Below, piece after piece: positions 41,884 to 53,639 of a stretch of 64,000 bases of DNA (position 1 is the stretch's first letter; each line of letters starts with the position of its first letter). Position numbers and translations under genes: made by a program. The stretch is from the human T2T-CHM13v2.0 reference genome, Homo sapiens, in NCBI RefSeq assembly GCF_009914755.1, contig NC_060933.1; one strand, 5' to 3'. The notes beneath the pieces are model-generated. The model was not told where the DNA came from and made no database searches. It worked only from the letters and a program-made list of their open reading frames with translations.

Positions 41884-42303
41884 TCACATGTCCACGAAGA
41901 CCATGAAGCACCAGCCCAGGCCCCCGACCAGCAGCATGGTGACGTGGATGCCATAGACGAGCAGCTCGTTCACCAGGCGGAAGTCCACGCGCCGGCGGCC
42001 CAGCAGCAGCAGCAGCACCGACAGCTTGCGCTGGAAGCGCAGCAGGACGCGAACGCCCAGGTACTGTAGGCAGAAGAGGGCGGCCAGCGCACCCCAGAGC
42101 GCCGCAGTGAACAGGCTGCAGCTAAAGTAGAGTAGGAAGCGGATGAAGCCGTACAGCCAGCGCGTCTTGATGTACACGTCGAAGTTGTTGTACTTGGTGC
42201 GGGCCAGGTGGGAGGCGCGCACGGGCCCGCAGGCCGCATGCAGGCAGGTGGTGTGCGGGCCGTGGAAGGAGCGCACCCGCCGCGGAATGGGCATGACCGG
42301 CAT
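41884..42303 (-). CDS. TMEM250: Transmembrane protein 250 (C9orf69), 139 aa; CDS lies entirely in exon 2
   Basis: Recognised sequence MPVMPIPRRVRSFHGPHTTCLH...WCFMVFVDM. Two hydrophobic stretches, strong GC3 codon bias, and an in-frame TAG upstream of the ATG. Confidence 0.95.
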   Translation of the reverse strand: MPVMPIPRRVRSFHGPHTTCLHAACGPVRASHLARTKYNNFDVYIKTRWLYGFIRFLLYFSCSLFTAALWGALAALFCLQYLGVRVLLRFQRKLSVLLLLLGRRRVDFRLVNELLVYGIHVTMLLVGGLGWCFMVFVDM

Positions 42304-42427
42304 TGGGCCCCGGCGGCGGCGGCGCTAGGTCGCAGTGGCGGCGGCGGTGTCCAGGCGGCTGTTGGCGTAGGGGTCATGGGCGCCTAGGCCTGGGAGCCCG
42401 CAGCTGACCCTGGGGGGAGGCGTCGGC

Positions 42428-43887
42428 CTGCGGGGAGAGCCGCAAAACCCACGTCAGTATGAGGACACCATGCGGATCCCTCCCCAGGCAATCAGCTGGC
42501 GAAAGTGGACACAAACTCCAGCACCAGGACTACGGGAAAATGGAGTCCAGGGCGGGATCTGCAGGCACTCCTGGGCTCTTTTCCACAAACCCTCCCAAGG
42601 ATACTTCCAAGGGGCCCACCACCTGGGGAAGCCAAAGTGCTTGTTCTAGGGCAGCACTGGGGAAAGGGGGCCTTGGGGACAGTGGCCAGGGGAGGCCCCC
42701 GGAAGTGGTCAATGCCAAAACGGATGGGAAGGGGCAAGAGTGGCTCTTTCCTGCAGGATCCTCGCAGCTCCCCACTAGCTGGACCACACTCTGCTCTTAG
42801 GCAGTTTGCCCGTTACTGCCCTGGTCTTCTGCGGCTGCCTGACCCAGGGCTGATGCAAGCCCTTAAATGGCATCTGCAAGAAGCCACCACAGGGCCGGGA
42901 AAAGGGACTCCAGGGCTCGCAGGTGAACCGAAAACGAGCCCGGCGGGAGCAGGTGACTCCAGCAACCTGCTGGGTGCCAGATGGACGGCTCGGGGGCCGT
43001 GGGGTCACCTTGCTGGGCCTGAACCCTGGCACTGTCCTTCCCTAGCAGTGACTTTGGGCAGGTCACCTGACCCCAAGACGGCTCCTGCTCTGTCCAATGG
43101 GGGTGCCAATAGCACTGCCTTTGTGGGTAGCTGTGGGAGGGAAGGGGCTGGGCCTGGCGTGCACAGTGGGGTCGGCCCGGGGCCTGGCAGCGGCCCTTAC
43201 AGACTGGGCTGCAAAGAGCAGAGGCGGCATTTGGCTCTCCAGCTTCACCTAGTAAAGGCCGTTTATACCTTGCCGAAATAATCTGTAGACGGAATGAACT
43301 CAAAGGTCAGGAAATAAAATCTGAGCAGGAAAGTTGGTAACATTACAGGGGACTGTTGCCAAGAGCTTCGCCTGCCTTCAGATTCAGCCTGGGGCCCTGC
43401 CGTGGGGACCTGGCCAGGGCGGAGGAGGGAGGGGCCGGGGCCGCCTGACCCTCCCGTGCCCCCAGGGGCCCGACCTCGCCCTCTCCCTCCGCCCGGCTCC
43501 TCCACGGGGTGCAGGGGCCAGAGCGGCCCTATTTAAGGCCGGCCTTGGCCTGGAGCTCGCCCCGGCCGGGACCCCAGCCATGGCGGTGCCACTCAAACGC
43601 GACTCGGCGGAGCTGTGTCCCCGCAGGGTCTCGCGGCCCGCGGCTCCATCCGGGTCCCTGCGTTTCTGCAGACGCCCGCTCGGCCCGGCCCATGGACCCA
43701 GGACTGTTTCCTCGGGGCCGCAGAGACGCAACGGGCCCCGGCCAACTCCGCGTGAGCACCGGGCCTGCGCCGCGCCGCGCCGGGCCCCCTGGCTGCAGAG
43801 CCCCTGCCGGAGCCACTTCCGGGTCCCGCGCCGCGCGTTGCCCTGGAGACGGCCCCCGCCTAGGCCGGGTCCCCGCCCGCAGCTCAC
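42428..43887 (-). other. TMEM250: TMEM250 intron 1 (in the 5' UTR)
   Basis: Donor CGG|GTGAGC at 43888/43887, branch point TACTGAC at 42453-42459, acceptor ctctccccgcag|G at 42428/42427. Confidence 0.8.
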
Positions 43888-44900
43888 CCGGTGCCCTCTC
43901 CGCGGCGGCGCCGGCGTCCCGGACCTCGGGGCCGGCCGGCGGTGCTAGGGGCCGGGCCTGCGGGTGCCCCTGTCCCTCGGGGCTCCGTGCGCAGGGCGGC
44001 CGCATGGTGCTGGGGCGCGCGGCTGGGGGCGCTGGCAAGGCGGCTGAGGGCGTGGTTCACGCGTCGCCGGCTGGGGTCGCCCTGCAGGTGAAGGGGCTCT
44101 CGGGCGCGGCCGCCGGAGGCGTTTGGCCTAGCGTGGGAGCCGTAGCGCCGTCCCTCGACGGCCACCGTAGGGCGGCCTCACGCCCCCTCCACCCGCGCCG
44201 ACCGAGCCGCACTTCCCTTCCCCCTGCTCCGGGCCCGCGCTGGGCGTCCCGGACTCGTCGCTTCCCGAGGGTGTGCGTGCGTGCGTGCGTGCGCACGCTG
44301 CGAGCAGTCCGTAGCGTTCCCTCCCCCGAACGCCCTCGGTGCCGCGCCTGGTCTTCTGCGCCTGCGCTTGCCGTTCCTGGGCCGCGCCTCCGCGCACGCG
44401 CTACCGCATCCCGTGGAGAGGCAGTGCGCAGGCGCGCTTCCGTGGAGCAGTCCTTTGGCCCCAGCAGAGGGCTTGACCGTGGTCCTGGCCCCGGACTGAG
44501 GTGTCTGCGACCCGGCGCGCTGCTGCCGTCGCTGGGGTGGGGCCGGGCCCCGGAGGAAGCCGCTTTCCCGGCGGGGGTGGGCGGCCCAGGGACCGGGAGC
44601 AGGTCTGGTCCTCGCGGGGCCGTGTGCGAAGGCCTCCTGCGCGGCCTGGGGCTGGGAGGACAGGGCGGCGGCGGGAATGAGGGCGCCCCCCAGGCTCCAG
44701 GAGGGCGGGGAAGGGTGGGGGCGGCTGACGCCACGCGGACCCGGGCGGCACGGATCGGGTGTGTAGCTGCGAGGCCCGGTGGGCCGGCGGCGACGTCGGC
44801 AGCCGAAGTAGGGACAGCCCCGGAGCACGAGCAGGCCCAGCAGCAGCCCCAGGGCCGCCCCCCGCCGCCCCACAGTGAAGGAAGGGGACTTGTGTTAGTG
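43400..44900. promoter_or_regulatory. TMEM250: CpG island promoter of TMEM250
   Basis: CpG-dense. NRF1-type TGCGCCTGCGC (44357-44367) and TGCGCAGGCGC (44425-44435), (GCGT)n at ~44273-44292, ETS-like GGAAGTG on the minus strand at ~44210. Confidence 0.88.
43888..44280 (-). other. TMEM250: TMEM250 non-coding exon 1 (5' end approximate)
   Basis: Lies between the NRF1-motif cluster and the consensus donor in the CpG island. Confidence 0.65.
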
Positions 44901-45384
44901 TCCTCACGCCTGGTTCGTACAGGCTGGCGGTTGTCCTGGGGGTTTCCAGCGAGGAATGTGTTGGGGAGCGCTCCTGGGTGTGGCTGCTGGGTAGGAGGGG
45001 AAGGCAGGGTCAGCAGCCCCTGGGGCGACCGTAAAGTGGGTGGCCCTTCAAATTCAAGGTACTGGAACAAGGGGGCTGGGCCCTCCTGCCCACCAGGCCC
45101 GTCATTGGCTGCAGGCCTCCCGGGACGGCGAGCTGGCTCCTGGGCCCCTGTCCTTTGGACCAGGGCCGCCCTGAGGGCTGGCACAGCTACCTTCTCCACT
45201 GTGGCCCCATCCCCGCCACAGGAGAGAGAGCCGCCTTTACCCGACATGAGCAGGAGTTCGAGGAACATCTGGACGAGCAAAGGCCACCAGGAGGTAGCAC
45301 AGCAAAAAAGGCCAAGAGCCTGTTTTCTTTACCGATGGCTGGCGGCAAATATTCCGAAAGAAACGTGTCAGGCAAGAAGCGCTA

Positions 45385-45500
45385 GTTCACGCCTGTCATT
45401 CCACCGCTTTGGGAGGCCAAGGCAGGGGGATCACTTGCCCCAGAAGTTTGAGACCAGCCTGGGCAACATAGTGAGGCCCCTGTCTCTACAAAAAACTTAA
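45385..45500 (+). mobile_element. Alu left monomer (FLAM/AluJ-like)
   Basis: cacgcctgtcattccaccgctttgggaggccaaggcagggggatcacttg...gagaccagcctgggcaacatag. Confidence 0.85.
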
Positions 45501-45604
45501 AATCAATAAACAGGTCTCCTTCCTTCCTCAATAGTCCTGTTGGTGGCTCACCTCTCTGCCTCTCCAGATGTGAGGCAGATCCACACGTTTAGCTATTGAG
45601 ATAA

Positions 45605-45722
45605 GGCTGGGCGTGGTGGCTCACACCTGTCATTCCGGCCTCAGATCTCTTGTGCCCAGGAGTTTTAAGACTAGCCTGGGCGACCTGGCTGGCAACATGG
45701 CCTCCACAAAAATAAATAAAAC
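45605..45722 (+). mobile_element. Diverged Alu left monomer
   Basis: ggctgggcgtggtggctcacacctgt..., with attgagataa on both flanks. Confidence 0.8.
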
Positions 45723-46502
45723 ATTTTAAATATATAAACATTGAGATAATAGCATCTTGATGCCTGTCTTCATTTTTTGTCTTCTGTTTTAAGGACTATT
45801 AGAGACAAACTAACCAAAGATAATTCTCCCCTCCCACGTGGCTCGTGCTGGGACGCCGGCACCGTGAGATGGCGCCCGTGGCCAGATAGAGGGTGGCGTG
45901 TAAAGCAGGTGGTCACCCGTCACTCGACTTTTCGCGTGCTGGTGAGGGTGGTCGCATGTCCATGGATCAGGGCTCACACCTGGCCCATCTGGTGGCTGTG
46001 CCATGGGAGGAGCAGAGCCACAGCCCCGCTCCTTGCTGTGGGTTTCCCGTGTCCTCCCTGCCCTGCAGTCCCCTGACTCCAGCTCTGGATTAGACACCCC
46101 CTGCTTCCCACTGTGCACCCGCCCAGAGAAGCACAGCATGCGTGCCTGCACTTGCCCCCACGCTGCTACCCTGCTCTGGGTACCAAGGACACAGGCACAG
46201 CAGAGCCCCCACCCTCGAGGCACCTGTCATCTTGTGACAGGGACAGGCTGAGGGGCAAATGACCAGAAAGGGTGGCAAGTGCCATGTCAGACATATGGTC
46301 TTCATACAGGGGATGTCCCAGGACTGCTGGGCCAGAGACCCCTCCATGTGGGTCAGCATCACCCAAGCCAAAGGCCAAGGAGGTCTCTTGGGGGGTGTGG
46401 CCGTCAGAACAAAGCTGCCAATGCGCGTACTTTTAAAGGTGCGGTCAGCTAGTGAGGCTGTGGCTGGCCCTGGCTGCATCCAGACCCTGGAGTGTCCTGC
46501 AG

Positions 46503-46632
46503 CCAGGGGCGGATGCAGGTTTTGTGGGGCCTGAGGCTTCTGTGGTTTAAGGGACCTTCCTTAAGAAAATACAAAATTAGGAACAGGCCTTGAAGCTTCT
46601 GCTGCTAAACAGGGTCAGGTGAACCCACTGCC
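46503..46632 (+). mobile_element. hAT-type DNA transposon remnant (Arthur1-like)
   Basis: caggggcggatgcaggttttgtggggcctga...ttaagaaaatacaaaattagg resembles the remembered consensus end. Confidence 0.5.
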
Positions 46633-46681
46633 AGCTGTGCCCAGAAGACAGTCCCCCAGGCTGAGTCAAAAGTGGTTCATA

Positions 46682-47009
<328 letters not shown>

Positions 47010-48473
47010 TCACGTCTAGTGTGACCCCTCATCAGCACAGACGTACTCCTAGGTGTCCGTTTCTGGGTGAAGTCCTGGAAGCAGATAAATGTTTGCAGAG
47101 GTGATCTATGTGTGGTGGGATTAAAGAGATGAATATATTTTACTGTTTTTTTAACATTTCTGTACTTTCTGATTTTATTTTTTCAGCATGAACAAACAAA
47201 AAAAAGCCGGATTTGGACAAATAAAAAGAAGTGCATGTCAGCCCGAGTGTCCTGAAACATGTTCCTGTATTAGAATCTCCAGGAAAGCTGGGGCCCCCAC
47301 TCGCCACTACCTCAGGCTGGGCCCGCAGTCACGTGCTTCTCCCTACAGGAGGGTTCTGTGTCCTGAATTCCCAAAGGGTGCAGCTGTCCCCTTGTCGCCT
47401 TGTCTGTGTTGATGGTTCCACACTCTCTGGTCAGCCACCTGCCCCGCCAGTCTCTGCTCGCCCATGGATGGGGATGACCACTCTAGCTGTGAGGGTGGCT
47501 TCCCGGGCTAACCCTGCTGCTGCTGCCCATTGCTTCCAAGGCTGGGATATCACTTGGGGTTTGGGGTGAGGGGACAGTAAGGGGGAGCCCTGGTTGCCCT
47601 TTCCAGGAGAATGAGTATTTAAGTGCGGAGTTGTTTATTACTTGACTTCAGCAGAGGCGCCATGGTCGGGGAAACGCTTCATGTGCCTTGGGTTATAGGG
47701 CAAGTCCCATCTGTCTGCCTTGAATTTCGGTTTGGAGAATCTGCAAGCTCCACACACGTGGAAGCGTCTGTGCCCCGGGTGTGGGTTCTGATCTTGGTTG
47801 TGTTCGTGGCTGGACGCTGTCCTTGAGGCCACCCCTTGGCACCCTTCACAGAAGACAGTGGGGGTCGCCCTTCCCTGGCTGACCCTCCAGAACCGCCAGC
47901 CTCCCCTACCTCCCTGTGAAACCAGGGTACAGGGCAGGAGCCTGGACCTCTTTACAGTTGCCTTTTCTCTCTCTCTGTCCCTTCTCCATCTTCCGAGCTC
48001 CTACTCGCCCTTCAGGACCCAGCTCGAATGCCCCATCTCTGGGAGGCGCCTTCAATCTTGGGCTGCCCCTTCCGTCACACCCCCTGTCCCCTGTCTCCTG
48101 CCTCCCCTTCCTCCTCACACAAAGCCACCCCCGCCTGTTGGTGGCCTGTGTCTCCGCTGGCCCAGGGCTCTCTTGCCGTGGCCACCGTGGGTTTTGGCCT
48201 CGTGACCCAGTCCATGCGTGCACAGCGCAAGTAGCTTCCCAGGACACCGATTTCCTCCCCGGCCGCAGCTGCTTCTGGTCCTCTGCCCACTCCCGGGTTC
48301 TGCGCCTTCCTGCGCCCCCGGCCTGGCCACAGCTCGGTCACCCCAGAACCACCGTGTGCTGGGGATTTGTCACGGGTTTGTCCTGACGTGTGAGGTCCAG
48401 CCGGGGTCCCCATAGCCTCCCTGTCCCCGTCCCTGTCCCCGTCAGGCCTCCTGCTGCGCTGTGGACAGTGGCT

Positions 48474-48491
48474 TGGCGCCATCTGCTGGGC
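48474..48491 (-). promoter_or_regulatory. Consensus CTCF motif
   Basis: Minus strand reads CCAGCAGATGGCGC (48476-48489), a full match to CCASYAGRKGGCRS. Occupancy unknown. Confidence 0.7.
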
Positions 48492-49134
48492 TGGTGCCTG
48501 TGGTGCCGCCAAGCGCAGGAGGGACCCAGCGGCTCCAGGTCTGTGGGAGACTTTAAGTTGGGGCCGAATGTGGTGCTCGCTGCCGACGCAGAGCCCCCAA
48601 GCTGGACGGGACCCCTGGCCGTGCGGCTGGGAACACCTGGGGTTGTCCTACCTTTGCAGGGACAGCGAGCCAACCCCTGCTTGGAAGGAGCACTTTCCCC
48701 ACCGAGGCCGGCCCAGGGCGCGTGCTGAGCAGGTGGGTTGAGTGGGTGGAAAGAATGCAACCCCTGGTTGTGGGACATGTTGAAGCCCACCCCAACCCCT
48801 CCAGTACCGTCCTTCTGTCCCTCCACTTGCTGGGGCTGGGGGCCAAGGATGGGGTCACTGTGGGGACTTTATCCAGCTGGTTGACTTCAGGGTCCTGGCA
48901 GGGAGTGGCTCTTGCTGCCAGGACAGTAGAGGCCTAGAGAGTCCTATCTCTGACACCAGCCACCTGGCAGGGTTCGGGCCAGGGAAGGGGAAGGGATGGG
49001 AGAGAATGGAAACCTCCAGAGTCATTTTAACTGGTCGTTGGACAGAGCCAGTGCGACTTCAAGTTCAATGACAAACCCCCTCTCCATGTCTCTGGGGTGG
49101 GGTGGGGCCTGTGGCCCCACAGAGCTGAGCCACC

Positions 49135-49229
49135 CAGGAGGCCAGGGAAGGAGACGCAGTACACAGGAGGCCAGGGAAGGAGACGCAGTACACAGGAGGC
49201 CAGGGAAGGAGACGCAGTACACAGGAGCC
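49135..49229. repeat. 29-bp tandem repeat, ~3.3 copies
   Basis: caggaggccagggaaggagacgcagtaca at 49135, 49164 and 49193. Confidence 0.92.
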
Positions 49230-49554
49230 CAGCATCCTCTCAGCTGCATGGACATCTCTACCCAGACCCTTCTGCAGCCACCTCCCCACTTACCCAGCAG
49301 GAGACCAAGCCAATCCTTTTCTGCGAAACTGTGCTGGCTTCTGTGACTGTCCTGCAACCAGATAGAGGCCTGAGGGACTCTGCACAGTTTCTGGGCTGAG
49401 GCAGAAGAAGCCCCATGGCTTCCCCTCTGCCTCCTGCATGCTGCCTTTTAGCTCTTAGCACCTGCTGGGAGAAGCTGGCCCCAGCGTGGACAAGCCTCCA
49501 GGAGACCGGAGCACCCACCGGAAGGAAGGGAGGGAGGGAGGGAGGAAGGGCCAT

Positions 49555-49832
49555 GGAGGTAAAACGAAGTTATTAGGGTGGGCCCAAATCTGACTGGTGT
49601 CCGTAGACAAAGGGGAGATTAGGACACAGACATGCACAGAGGGATGACACCGTGAGGACACAGGGAGAAGACGGCATCTGCAAGCCCAGAAGAGAGGCCT
49701 CAGGAGGACCCAACCCTGCCCACACCTTGATCTTGGACTTCCAGTCTCCATGACTGTGAGATGGTAAATAAATGCATGCTGTTAAGGCCACGGAATCTGT
49801 GGTCCTTTGTTACGGCCGCAGGGCAAGGCAAT
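49555..49832 (+). mobile_element. MaLR LTR (MLT1B-like), partial
   Basis: attagggtgggcccaaat...gaggacacagggagaagacggc...ccttgatcttggacttccag. Confidence 0.85.
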
Positions 49833-50476
49833 CCCAGGGGTACTTATTGTTTGAAGGCATCCCATTCTGGATGTTCTCTGATGGGGAGTGATGGGGAACT
49901 GTGTACCAGGCACTCCACTGAGCATGGCAGGGGCCTTGGTCACAGCGACCTGGGAAAGTGTGTTGTGGCTGTCCCTGTTTACAGGGGTCAGGAGGTGCAG
50001 CAACTTGCTCGAGGTCACTTGGGCCATCAGGTGGGGGCTGGAGGGCAGCACTTGGACCAGGGCTTTCTGTACCCTGTTGGTCTGGACACAAGCTCCCCAT
50101 GGTGTCCTCTTCGGAAGGATGGGGAGCAGTGGGCCCCTCGGAGCCCCTGCGGGAGAATCCCCTTCCCTGACGGAGGCAGACACTCAGGTTAGGGAGAGAG
50201 TGGGCAGCCTCAGAGCCCAGGTCCTCCCCTCCCTGCGGTCCCCTCAGCCTGCCGGCACTGTCCAGATCTTTCTAAGCCCGGCTACATCACTCGGTCTCAG
50301 TGCTGAGTGCTGGGTGCAGAGGCCCCGCTGCCTTTGCCATCTCAGGGTCTTTGTTACTTTCATGCTTGTGCTTTCTTGTCCAATCTCTCTGGAGCTCAAG
50401 CTCTGAAAGGAGGCGCCCTCCTCTGTTTCCCTGAGTTCCTGGTACCTGGCAGGCGGTAGGGCTCAGGGTGTACTTG

Positions 50477-51115
50477 CTTGGTTGGTTGGATGGTTGGTTG
50501 GATATGACTGGTTGGTTTGATGGATGGATGGTTGGTTGGATGGTTGGTTGGTTGGTTGGATGGTTGGTTGGTTAGATGGTTGACTGGTTGGTTTGTTGGT
50601 TTGTTGGATGGTTGGTTGGATGGTTTGTTGGTTTGTTGGATGGTTGGTTGTTTGGTTAGATGGTTGGTTGGCTGGATGGTTGGTTGGATGGATGGTTGGT
50701 TGGTTGTTTGGATGGTTGGTTGGTTGGTTGGTTGGATGATTGGTTGGTTGGTTGTTTGGTTGGATGGTTGGTTGGTTGGATGGTTGGTTGGTTGGTTGGA
50801 TGGTTGGTTGGTTAGATGGATGGTTGGTTGGTTAGTTGGTTAGATGGTTGGTTAGTTGGTTGGTTGGATGGTTGGTTGGTTGGATGGTTGGTTGGTTGGA
50901 TGGTTGGCTGGTTGGTTGATCAGTTTGTTGAATGGTTGGTTTTTTGTATGGCTGGTTGTTTGGTTAGATGTTTGGTTGGTTGGATGGTTGGTTGGTTGGT
51001 TGGTTGGTTGGTTGGTTGGATGGTTGGTTGGTTGGATGGTTGGTTAGTTGGATGGGTGGTTGGTTGGTTGGATGATTGGTTGGATGATTGGTTGGTTGGT
51101 TGGATGGCTGGCTGA
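50477..51115. repeat. (TGGT/TGGA)n simple repeat, ~640 bp
   Basis: Read directly. Confidence 0.97.
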
Positions 51116-53159
51116 TTAAAGTGCCTGGCTTGTGCTGGGTTTTCAAAAATGGAGGCCCAAGGACTTTGGAGGGCCACAGGCCTCAACCTGGCATGGCCCA
51201 CTGGCATCCACAGGCATGTAACTCACCCGGGGCAGCCCTGGCACCATGTGCCCAGTAGCCTGTTGGTGCCATGCAGGGGTGAGGGAGACAGTGGGCACAG
51301 ATCTGTGTCTGGGGGCCTTGTAAGTGGTGTCAGGGGCCATCAGGGAGGCATGGATCACAGATGTGCTTGATTTCAGAAGTGTCCCCATCCCACCATCCCA
51401 AGCTGCAAGAGGAGATTCTACGGTTGGGTGAATGACTTCAGATTCCTGAGCATGCACATCTATGTGCTGGGCTTATCCTTGGTGGCCATTAATGATTTAA
51501 TGATGCGAAGCCCTTAGCTGAGGCTGAGGCAGAGTAAGTGCTTAATAAACACCACCGTTGGAAAGCAGTGATGTTCATGGAATGCAGGCCGTTGGCTAGG
51601 CTCATGGACGGAGACCCCAGCTTCTCAGCATGGGGAGGACGGGGCTGCTTGCCCATTTTCTTGGTGGTCCTGGTCTTCTCCGGGCAGCAGGTCCTTGGCT
51701 GCCTAAAGCAAGTGGCCTCAGAACACCCAGATTCAGATTACAAAGGGGGCTTAGGAAGCCTGCATTCAAGGTTAGCGCTCACCCTGGGCCCTCCTCCCAG
51801 GGCCACAATGTCCCTAGACCCAGGCCTGGGCTGTATTTTCTCCTGTGCTAATTTCACAAAACACACAACTCATATTCCTGTTGATTGAACAGTTTTGCGT
51901 TGACAGCAGTGAAGATTTGTGACCAAGTTTATCATTACCCCAGAGCATGGACGATTTGTATGGCTCCGAGGAGCTCACGGGGGGGATATATTTTATGGCA
52001 CACTTGGAAGACAAACATACGCATTTATATGTCACTTGTTGCAATATAAATGCTAACTTGTACTTCTTTCAAAACTTTTAATGAATTGTATACATTCTGG
52101 AAGATTTACAGGGTGAATGGGATGGCTCAAAATGTTACTTTAAACATATTCGTCACTTTGGCAATAGCATCAAAAAAATCTGGAAGATATTGCATTCAGA
52201 AATAAATCATAAAAAGATGCATCTTAAAAGAGGTTTATTTTGGTCGTTAATGGTTGACGGGCCCCCCCATGCAGGATTTAAAGTTAAATTATGCAAAATC
52301 AAAAACAAACCTTATAATACTTAATCAAACATGCATAAAACTGTCAGGCCCAAATAAATTCTCTCAATTAACTTGCTTCAGATTGTGATTGCATTCGCTA
52401 ATTTAATCAGCCCCAGAGTAATCTAGAGGCTGGGAAATGATGAATTCCTGTGAACATGAGCCCAAGGGGGGCCAGGGCGGGACACCAACGCTGGGGCCGA
52501 AGGCCTTCCGAGGTGGGGACGGAGAACCAGCTCTCTTTCCACCTGGGGAGCTGTTTCAGTCACTCCCTGACGTGGAGGTAGGTTCGGTCAACCAGGCACG
52601 GGGCTCGACTTCACTGCTACCTGGGAACGGCCTGGGGCAGCCTCCTTCCCACACCTGAATCAGCCAGACCTGGGAAGCACCGTCTGGAAAAAGCTCCACT
52701 CCGGTTTTGTTTGGCTCCACCAACCTCGGCCTGGGTCCCTCTGTGTCTTTTCCCGAACAATGAGAACCCAAATGTGCTCAGAATGGCTGTTTCCTTCCAC
52801 ATCACCCTTTCAGAGCCCGCTTGTACCTACTGAAGATTCCCGATTAAATCAGGATTATGTCCTTTTCTGGGGGAAGGGGGCCTGTCTCGGACACCGCGGG
52901 CTGGAGGTGGCGCCTGCACTGCGGGCGCGGAACCTCTCGGGTGTCCACGGCTCTGCCCCAGGCTTACTCGGCCACTGCAGGAGGCCGCCTCGTCCAGCAG
53001 GAACCCCAAACCCAGGCAAACTGCGCCGACACCCCGAGACCCATGCAGGTGTTTGTGCTTAAAAATGGGACCAAAGTTTTGTGGGTGTTTATTTTTGTAA
53101 AATTTAGTGAAACTAATTCAACCAGAGCCAAACCTGCTTATTGTGTCATTCTAGTGGAT

Positions 53160-53317
53160 GAGGAAGAGACAATGGAGAGAGAGAGAGAGACAAAGACAGA
53201 GAAAGAGACAGAAAGACAGAGAGAGGGAAGGAGAGACAGACGGAAGGAGAAACAGAGAGACAGAGATGGAGAGAGACAAAGAAAGAGACAGAGAGAGGGA
53301 GGAGGAGGAGGAGGAGG
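53160..53317. repeat. GA-rich simple repeat ending in (GGA)n
   Basis: Read directly. Confidence 0.9.
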
Positions 53318-53639
53318 CTGGTGCGTGCCTTTTCTGAGCTGACCGTGAGCTGAATCACTTTGGTGCAGTCCAAGGCCTTGACTGTACCTGAGCCCACCTT
53401 GGGACCCCACCTCATTCCCCCAAGGCCCCCGTCCCCCCACCTCTTGGTGGAGGACCTCTGTGAAGCCCTCAGCATGCATCCCTGTGGGGCCCTGCGCAGA
53501 TGGGGCTCCAGCCCAGCCTGGGACGTTTGACGGCCCGTGCTCTCCGTCTGGCTAAATGCTTTATTTTATTGAATTTCAAAATAGGGCTGATGGGACATAC
53601 ATGGGCTTGCATTCTGCTTTTTCCCTGCTTGACCTTATG

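Noticed and set aside
43528-43538. CArG box (SRF site)
   Set aside because: CC-TATTTAA-GG has 7 A/T bases rather than 6; kept only as TATA-like.
50517-51207. Trp/Leu/Val/Gly 'membrane protein' and Asn/Gln/Pro ORFs
   Set aside because: Direct translation of the (TGGT)n repeat.
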